Part shown: positions 58,553-64,000 of the stretch, one piece after another
How the letters are laid out: the number at the start of each line of letters is the position of its first letter
Numbering within the stretch: position 1 is the first letter of the stretch
From: a virus
Direction: 5' to 3' (one strand)
Length of the DNA: 64,000 nucleotides
Virus record (IMG/VR): IMGVR_UViG_3300047550_003635
Made by a program: the position numbers and the translations under genes
Notes under the pieces: model-generated
The model's input: the letters and a program-made list of their open reading frames with translations, nothing else
Databases searched by the model: none
What the model was told of the DNA's origin: nothing

Positions 58553-59611
58553 ATGTCATTACTTGAAAAATTGAAAAAGAACAGCACTATTAAAGATACA
58601 GCAATATTGGAAAAATCAGTTTTCTTCACTGAAAAAGATGTTATTCCAACTTCTGTTCCTATGTTGAACGTGGCACTATCAGCAAAACTTGATGGCGGTT
58701 TTATTCCTGGACTTACAATGTTTGCAGGTCCATCAAAGCACTTTAAAACTTTGTTCAGTTTGATTCTTGCAAAATCTTATATGGACAAATATAAAGATGC
58801 TATTCTATTGTTCTATGATTCAGAATTTGGAACTCCTATCAAATATTTTGAGACACTTGAAATTGATAAAGAGCGTGTTTTACACACACCAATTACTGAT
58901 GTAGAACAATTAAAGTTTGATATCATGAAACAATTAAATGATATTCAGCGTGGTGATAAATTGATTATTATTCTTGATTCGATTGGTAATCTGGCATCAA
59001 AGAAAGAAGTTGAAGATGCGCTTGACCAAAAATCTGTTGCAGATATGTCACGTGCAAAACAATTAAAGTCATTGTTCCGTATGGTAACCCCACATTTGAC
59101 GATGAAAGATATTCCTTTGATTGTTGTTAATCACACTTACAAAGAAATTGGTCTGTTTCCAAAAGATATCGTCGGTGGTGGCACTGGTTCTTACTATTCT
59201 TCTGACAACATTTTTATCATTGGTCGTCAACAAGAAAAAGATGGAACAGAAATCACTGGTTATAACTTCATCATCAATGTTGAGAAGTCACGTTATGTTC
59301 GTGAAAAATCAAAGATACCGATTTCTGTGACATTTGAAGGTGGTATTGAAAAGTATTCTGGATTGATGGATGTTGCTCTTGAAGGCAATTTCGTATCTAA
59401 GCCAAAGAATGGTTGGTATGCAACTGTTGACCGTAAGACTGGAGAATTTGGTAAGAATATGAGATTGGCAGAAACGATGAATGCTCAATTTTGGAATCCT
59501 ATTCTAAATGATTCAGAATTTAAAACCTATATTGAAAGTAAATATGGAATTGCATATGGAAACATTATGGAAAAAACTCCAGTTTTGGAAGAAGAAGCCG
59601 ATGAATCCTGA
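58553..59611 (+). CDS. uvsX: RecA-like recombinase UvsX
   Basis: GPSKHFKT, YDSEFG, DSIGNLAS, VNHTY, GGGTG. Confidence 0.96.
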   Translation: MSLLEKLKKNSTIKDTAILEKSVFFTEKDVIPTSVPMLNVALSAKLDGGFIPGLTMFAGPSKHFKTLFSLILAKSYMDKYKDAILLFYDSEFGTPIKYFETLEIDKERVLHTPITDVEQLKFDIMKQLNDIQRGDKLIIILDSIGNLASKKEVEDALDQKSVADMSRAKQLKSLFRMVTPHLTMKDIPLIVVNHTYKEIGLFPKDIVGGGTGSYYSSDNIFIIGRQQEKDGTEITGYNFIINVEKSRYVREKSKIPISVTFEGGIEKYSGLMDVALEGNFVSKPKNGWYATVDRKTGEFGKNMRLAETMNAQFWNPILNDSEFKTYIESKYGIAYGNIMEKTPVLEEEADES

Positions 59612-59924
59612 AGATTATATCGAAGGTAAACATTTCCGTTTCGTTGATTCTGATGATGGTAAATTTACGGGAATACATTTACTTTTAGATAATTATGTGG
59701 ATGTCCTCTATCACTATTATGGTGCGCGAGTGGTAGAGGACAACGGCATAGCAAAGTTACAATTTGCATATAACATTGTCAGTCCCGGCAAACATGACAT
59801 AGATGACTTGTCAAAAGACGAGGAATTTAGTAAAATAATGGGTGACATACTTTCAAAAATCTTGATGGAGAAACAACAATATGAAGCGACTAGAGAATAT
59901 AATCCTGAGGAACTTGATTCATAA
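59601..59924 (+). CDS. Hypothetical protein (gp40 position)
   Basis: Lies between uvsX and gp41; ends GDIL..IL. Start moved to ATG 59601. Confidence 0.55.
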   Translation: MNPEDYIEGKHFRFVDSDDGKFTGIHLLLDNYVDVLYHYYGARVVEDNGIAKLQFAYNIVSPGKHDIDDLSKDEEFSKIMGDILSKILMEKQQYEATREYNPEELDS

Positions 59925-61284
59925 TGACGAATATACACGAAAAGTTCTTCCGTTCATCAAACCGGATTATTTTTCTACCAACTCCGAAAAGACACTTTTC
60001 AAAGAAATCTTCGGTTTCATTGATGAATATAAAAATCTTCCGACACACGAAGCACTTACTATCAATATCACGGAAAAAAGAAATCTAAATGAAGAAGTAG
60101 TAAAAGATGTTGTTGAAATTCTGAATGATATTGAAACTGAAAAGAATGAACCTGTTGAAACACCGTGGTTAATTGACCAGACTGAAAAATTCTGTCAAGA
60201 TAAGGCGTTGTTTAATGCCATAACAGAATCAGTAACAATTCTTGAGGGTCAGAGTAAATCAAAGACCAAAGGTGAAATACCTAAATTATTGAGTGATGCG
60301 CTTGGGGTATCATTTGATAATAATGTCGGTCATGATTATATGAACGATACTGAAAATCGATATGAAGCATATCATCGTGTAGAATCTCGCATCAAATTTG
60401 ACCTGGACATTTTCAACAAGATTACTAAAGGCGGTTTGCCAATCAAGACGTTGAATGTTGCATTGGCTGGCACTGGTGTTGGTAAATCTTTGTTCATGTG
60501 TCATGTTGCTGCTGGTTGTTTATCGCAGGGTTTGAATGTTCTTTATATTACCATGGAAATGGCAGAAGAAAAGATTGCCGAGCGTATTGATGCAAATCTT
60601 TTGAACATGAATATCAATGAACTTCATACACTTTCAAAAGATGATTATTTGAGAAAGTTTTCATCATTGCGAAATAAGACACAAGGTAAACTGATTATCA
60701 AAGAATATCCAACGGCATCTGCTTCAACATTGCATTTTCGTGCTTTGTTAAATGACCTTGCATTAAAAAAGACATTTCGACCAGATATCATTTTTGTTGA
60801 TTATCTGAATATTTGTTGTTCGGCTAGATTAAAACCAGGTGCAAATGTCAATAGTTACATGTATATTAAATCTATTGCTGAAGAACTTCGTGGTCTTGCT
60901 GTTGAATTCTGTTTGCCAATCGTGACTGCGACACAGACGAACAGGACAGGTTTTACTAACAGTGACCCCGGTTTGGAAGATACCAGTGAATCGTTTGGTT
61001 TGCCAGCGACAGCAGACTTCATGTTTGCTCTGGTAACAAATGAACAGTTAGAAGGTCTAAATCAGATTCTTGTAAAACAGTTGAAAAATCGGTATTCTGA
61101 CCCAAATCACTATAAAAGATTCGTTTTGGGTATTGACAAAGCCAAGATGAGACTGTATGATGTTGAACAATCAGCACAGAAAGACATTATAGATTCTGGA
61201 CAAGATGAGGATAAGCCTATTAACACATTTGGAATGAGGGAGAGGCGTGATATTGGTAATAAATTTGACAAAATAAAGGTATAA
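59881..61284 (+). CDS. gp41: Replicative helicase gp41
   Basis: AGTGVGKS, EMAEE.IAERID, DYLNIC, ATQTNR, SESFGLPATAD, KQLKNRY. Confidence 0.97.
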   Translation: MKRLENIILRNLIHNDEYTRKVLPFIKPDYFSTNSEKTLFKEIFGFIDEYKNLPTHEALTINITEKRNLNEEVVKDVVEILNDIETEKNEPVETPWLIDQTEKFCQDKALFNAITESVTILEGQSKSKTKGEIPKLLSDALGVSFDNNVGHDYMNDTENRYEAYHRVESRIKFDLDIFNKITKGGLPIKTLNVALAGTGVGKSLFMCHVAAGCLSQGLNVLYITMEMAEEKIAERIDANLLNMNINELHTLSKDDYLRKFSSLRNKTQGKLIIKEYPTASASTLHFRALLNDLALKKTFRPDIIFVDYLNICCSARLKPGANVNSYMYIKSIAEELRGLAVEFCLPIVTATQTNRTGFTNSDPGLEDTSESFGLPATADFMFALVTNEQLEGLNQILVKQLKNRYSDPNHYKRFVLGIDKAKMRLYDVEQSAQKDIIDSGQDEDKPINTFGMRERRDIGNKFDKIKV

Positions 61285-61290
61285 TATTAT

Positions 61291-61298
61291 TATAAATA
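61291..61298 (+). promoter_or_regulatory. T4 late promoter TATAAATA
   Basis: Exact consensus ahead of the terminal operon. Confidence 0.75.
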
Positions 61299-61320
61299 CT
61301 CTAAAAACAGGAGTATTTAA

Positions 61321-62103
61321 ATGGCAGGTTCAGCCAAAGTGCATGGTCTTCTTTATAAATTTAAAAGTTTAGATAATTCATATGTGTTAAATTTACCAAC
61401 TCCAACAGAACGCGGTGAATTGGCTGTTCTTCAGCAGATAAATGGATACATTTCTAAGATTGGTTCACCTATAACCATAGTGACAGGAAAACACACATTC
61501 AAAGAAATTTATGGTGCAAACAAAGTTGAAGGTACTCCAAAAGCAGATATTGCATTAGTAACTTATGATGGCAAGTTAAAAAAATTTGTAGATGTATGTT
61601 TTATTTCACATAAGATGGGAAAAGATGCTGGTGCTTTTCAACAGTATAGTGGTATAACAGACAAAGCGGATGGAAGAAAACCAGGTTCAATATCAAAAGA
61701 TAAAACTGTAATAGAGTTTCTTAGAGCAATTTCAAAAATACAAAAAATTATTGTTGAAAAGAAAGAAAGATTTTATAGAATCATAAAAGATAAAAAACTT
61801 ATTGGTAAGGCTATTTATGGTCCGGAATTTGGAACATCTCAATATAACATTGATAATATACATGTTATAGGACAAGGTGATGCTAAACTCACAAAAAACG
61901 GAAATAAACATATTCTGGATTTTACTACACATGCTAGTTACAATCCAGATGTTTCGGAATTTATGGAAAGAGATTATACTGCAATAATTGCTGCTAGATA
62001 TACAGCGGGTAGAAATTATCAAGTGGATGGAAAAACATATAGCGGAGCTAGAATACTAATACTGCCTAGAAAAGTTATTGGCGGAAAAGCAAAAGAAATA
62101 TAA
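61321..62103 (+). CDS. Putative PD-(D/E)xK nuclease-like protein
   Basis: E (GELAV)...PKADI...ISHK arrangement; no close family recognised. Confidence 0.45.
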   Translation: MAGSAKVHGLLYKFKSLDNSYVLNLPTPTERGELAVLQQINGYISKIGSPITIVTGKHTFKEIYGANKVEGTPKADIALVTYDGKLKKFVDVCFISHKMGKDAGAFQQYSGITDKADGRKPGSISKDKTVIEFLRAISKIQKIIVEKKERFYRIIKDKKLIGKAIYGPEFGTSQYNIDNIHVIGQGDAKLTKNGNKHILDFTTHASYNPDVSEFMERDYTAIIAARYTAGRNYQVDGKTYSGARILILPRKVIGGKAKEI

Positions 62104-62130
62104 AAATGAACTTTAAAAAAGAAAAAAACT

Positions 62131-62571
62131 ATGATAAACTTTAAAACATTTCTAATAGAATCAGAAGAAGATGATGGTAAACTCAAGCATATCACACATG
62201 CTGAGGACCATCCTTTAATTGATGGTCATAAGGGATTTGAACATGCTTATGGTGCATTGATGAAAACACATCAGCACATGGTTGAAAAAAAGAAAAACAG
62301 TAATCTAACGATGAAATATGATGGTTCACCTTCTGTAGTATTTGGTCATCATCCAAAAACTGGTAAATTTTTTGTCGCATCAAAATCTGCTTTCAACAAG
62401 AATCCCAAGATAAATTATTCAGATAAAGATATTGACGCTAATCATGGTCATTCTCCGGGACTAGCACATAAACTAAAAGCTGCGCTTAAACATTTTCCTA
62501 AAGTTACACCAAAGAAAGGTGTATATCAGGGAGATATGATGTATACCCACGAGGATTTAAAACATGAGTAA
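62131..62571 (+). CDS. RNA-ligase-like nucleotidyltransferase (DUF6267-like), N-terminal part
   Basis: Motif I TMKYDGS, FFVASKS, motif III-like YQGD; His-rich; MINFKTFLIE N-terminus. Confidence 0.65.
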   Translation: MINFKTFLIESEEDDGKLKHITHAEDHPLIDGHKGFEHAYGALMKTHQHMVEKKKNSNLTMKYDGSPSVVFGHHPKTGKFFVASKSAFNKNPKINYSDKDIDANHGHSPGLAHKLKAALKHFPKVTPKKGVYQGDMMYTHEDLKHE

Positions 62572-63313
62572 AGTATCTTTCACTCCAAATACAATCACTT
62601 ATACTGCTCATGGCAAACAAGCAGATAAAATAAAGAAATCAAAAGTTGGTGTTGTCGTTCATCAACAATATCATGGTGACGATTTATCAACAATGAAAGC
62701 ATCACCACATACAGACCATGCTACTGCATTCAAAGAGCATCCAGATGTTTATCATCATTCTGCTGAACATGATACAAGCAAAGTAGATTATTCACATCAT
62801 GCACAGCAAGATTTTCAAAAACATATGGCAGCAGCAAAACATATCCATGATACATATGGGCATAAGATGTATGCTGCTACAGCAAAACATCAAGGTGATG
62901 GTGGACATCTAACGACATATATCAATCATACTGTCAGAACAGGTGAAGCACCAACATCTGAAGGTCTAAAAAAACACGTTAAAGAAAAATATGGTAAATT
63001 GATTGATAAAGCAAAATCAGAAAAAGGTAAAAAAGCAAAAGAAGCTGAATCAGAAGAACATGTCAATCATATTGAGAAACATAAAGAACATTACGACCAT
63101 TTACTAACAATGCATCATCATCTTCAGCAAGCAAAAGATACACTTGTAAAACATCTTGAACATCATGAAGGTGGTTATGAACACCATATTGATGATACAA
63201 AATCAAAGCCCGAAGGTTTTGTCGTAAGTCATGAAGATAAACCAACTAAACTTGTAAATCGTAAAGAATTTGCACGTGCTAATCTTCTGAAAGTAAAAGC
63301 ATGGAAAAAGTAA
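62564..63313 (+). CDS. RNA-ligase-like nucleotidyltransferase, C-terminal part
   Basis: FTPNTITY, motif IV PEGFVV, motif V TKLVNR; about 13% His by hand count. Confidence 0.65.
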   Translation: MSKVSFTPNTITYTAHGKQADKIKKSKVGVVVHQQYHGDDLSTMKASPHTDHATAFKEHPDVYHHSAEHDTSKVDYSHHAQQDFQKHMAAAKHIHDTYGHKMYAATAKHQGDGGHLTTYINHTVRTGEAPTSEGLKKHVKEKYGKLIDKAKSEKGKKAKEAESEEHVNHIEKHKEHYDHLLTMHHHLQQAKDTLVKHLEHHEGGYEHHIDDTKSKPEGFVVSHEDKPTKLVNRKEFARANLLKVKAWKK

Positions 63314-63951
63314 ATGTTTTAGATTTTCTTATCGAAGATATGGACCGTAAAGACCCAAAGTCTAAAACGCTCCATGCCTTCGATATGGACGATACTCTAT
63401 TTCATTACAAAAAGAAGAATGAAGCAAAAATTCACGTTGTCAATAAGTCTGGTAAAAGAGTGCAATCATTGACAAACCGCGAATATAATACGCACAAATT
63501 ACCTGCTGGTCACAAATACGATTTTAGTGATTTCAGGTCAACAAAAGTATTTAAAAAATCTGCACAACCAATACACAAAATGGTTCGCAAGATGAAAGCT
63601 ATTCATCACAATAATAAGAACGTTGAAATTTTGACAGCACGTTCTAATATGGATAGCAAAAAGAATTTCACAAAAGCGATGCGTGGACATGGAATTGATA
63701 TCAATAAAATACATTTTCGTCGTGCAGGAGAAACTGGAGAAGAAACACCTGCAAAAGCAAAGCATAAAGTTATTGATGGATTAATTCGTAAACATGGATA
63801 CACAAAAGTCCATCTGTATGACGATTCACATGCAAATCTTGAACATTTCAAAAAGTTAAAAGAAAAACATCCAAACGTGGAGTTTCATGCACATCACGTC
63901 CATCATGATGAAAAAACAGGTAAAGTAACAGTAACGACTACGAAAGCATAA
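63301..63951 (+). CDS. HAD-superfamily phosphatase (RNA-repair-type HAD-like)
   Basis: FDMDDTLF, ILTAR, K, LYDDS..NL. Confidence 0.8.
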   Translation: MEKVNVLDFLIEDMDRKDPKSKTLHAFDMDDTLFHYKKKNEAKIHVVNKSGKRVQSLTNREYNTHKLPAGHKYDFSDFRSTKVFKKSAQPIHKMVRKMKAIHHNNKNVEILTARSNMDSKKNFTKAMRGHGIDINKIHFRRAGETGEETPAKAKHKVIDGLIRKHGYTKVHLYDDSHANLEHFKKLKEKHPNVEFHAHHVHHDEKTGKVTVTTTKA

Positions 63952-63952
63952 A

Positions 63953-64000
63953 ATGTTAAAATTAAAAGAACATATTATAAAAAATATAAGTGAAGAAAAA
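63953..64000 (+). CDS. Start of next ORF, truncated by window edge
   Basis: ATG at 63953; MLKLKEHIIKNISEEK open to the window end. Confidence 0.5.
   Translation, partial: MLKLKEHIIKNISEEK

Noticed and set aside
24776-61284. Introns, inteins or homing endonucleases in gp17, gp20, gp23, gp43, uvsX or gp41
   Set aside because: All are uninterrupted and of ordinary length.
1-64000. tRNA or rRNA genes
   Set aside because: Intergenic gaps are short and none shows cloverleaf or T-loop signatures by eye.
1-64000. Assignment as a cyanophage
   Set aside because: Shares hsp20, CobS-like and 2OG genes with cyanophages, but no photosynthesis genes are in the window; the host cannot be determined from this sequence.

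Overview
64 kb of an AT-rich T4-like myovirus genome, almost entirely on the + strand. From left to right: (1) 1-21 kb, a tail/fibre region with a 5'-truncated large structural protein, modular fibre proteins, a split glycine-rich/collagen-like adhesin with two 2OG-Fe(II) oxygenases, a double-propeller RCC1-repeat protein and a glycosyl-/sulfo-/methyltransferase plus APS-kinase-HxGH cassette. (2) 21-36 kb, the T4 morphogenesis block gp13-gp23 and gp3, with Dps inserted between the terminase subunits. (3) 36-61 kb, the replication/recombination block (uvsY, uvsW, gp55, gp47/46, gp45/44/62, regA, gp43, uvsX, gp41) with peptide deformylase, a MoxR/VWA ('CobS/CobT') pair, Hsp20, dCMP deaminase, dNMP kinase and a candidate DNA-glycosylation cassette (GREB1/TAGT-like GT, GT-B enzyme, UDP-xylose synthase). 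(4) 61-64 kb, a late operon of nuclease-like, split RNA-ligase-like and HAD-phosphatase genes, the latter two His-rich with capsid-targeting-like N-termini. The best leads are a possible xylosylated-DNA pathway, a possible self-contained virion sulfation system with a PAPS-synthase-like fusion, an identical AGGATTT-N5-ATGAGTAA stop/restart motif at both split genes, a ROSE-like thermometer on hsp20, an H-type pseudoknot leader and near-complete GATC avoidance. All calls come from motif recognition and synteny by eye; no database searches were run.
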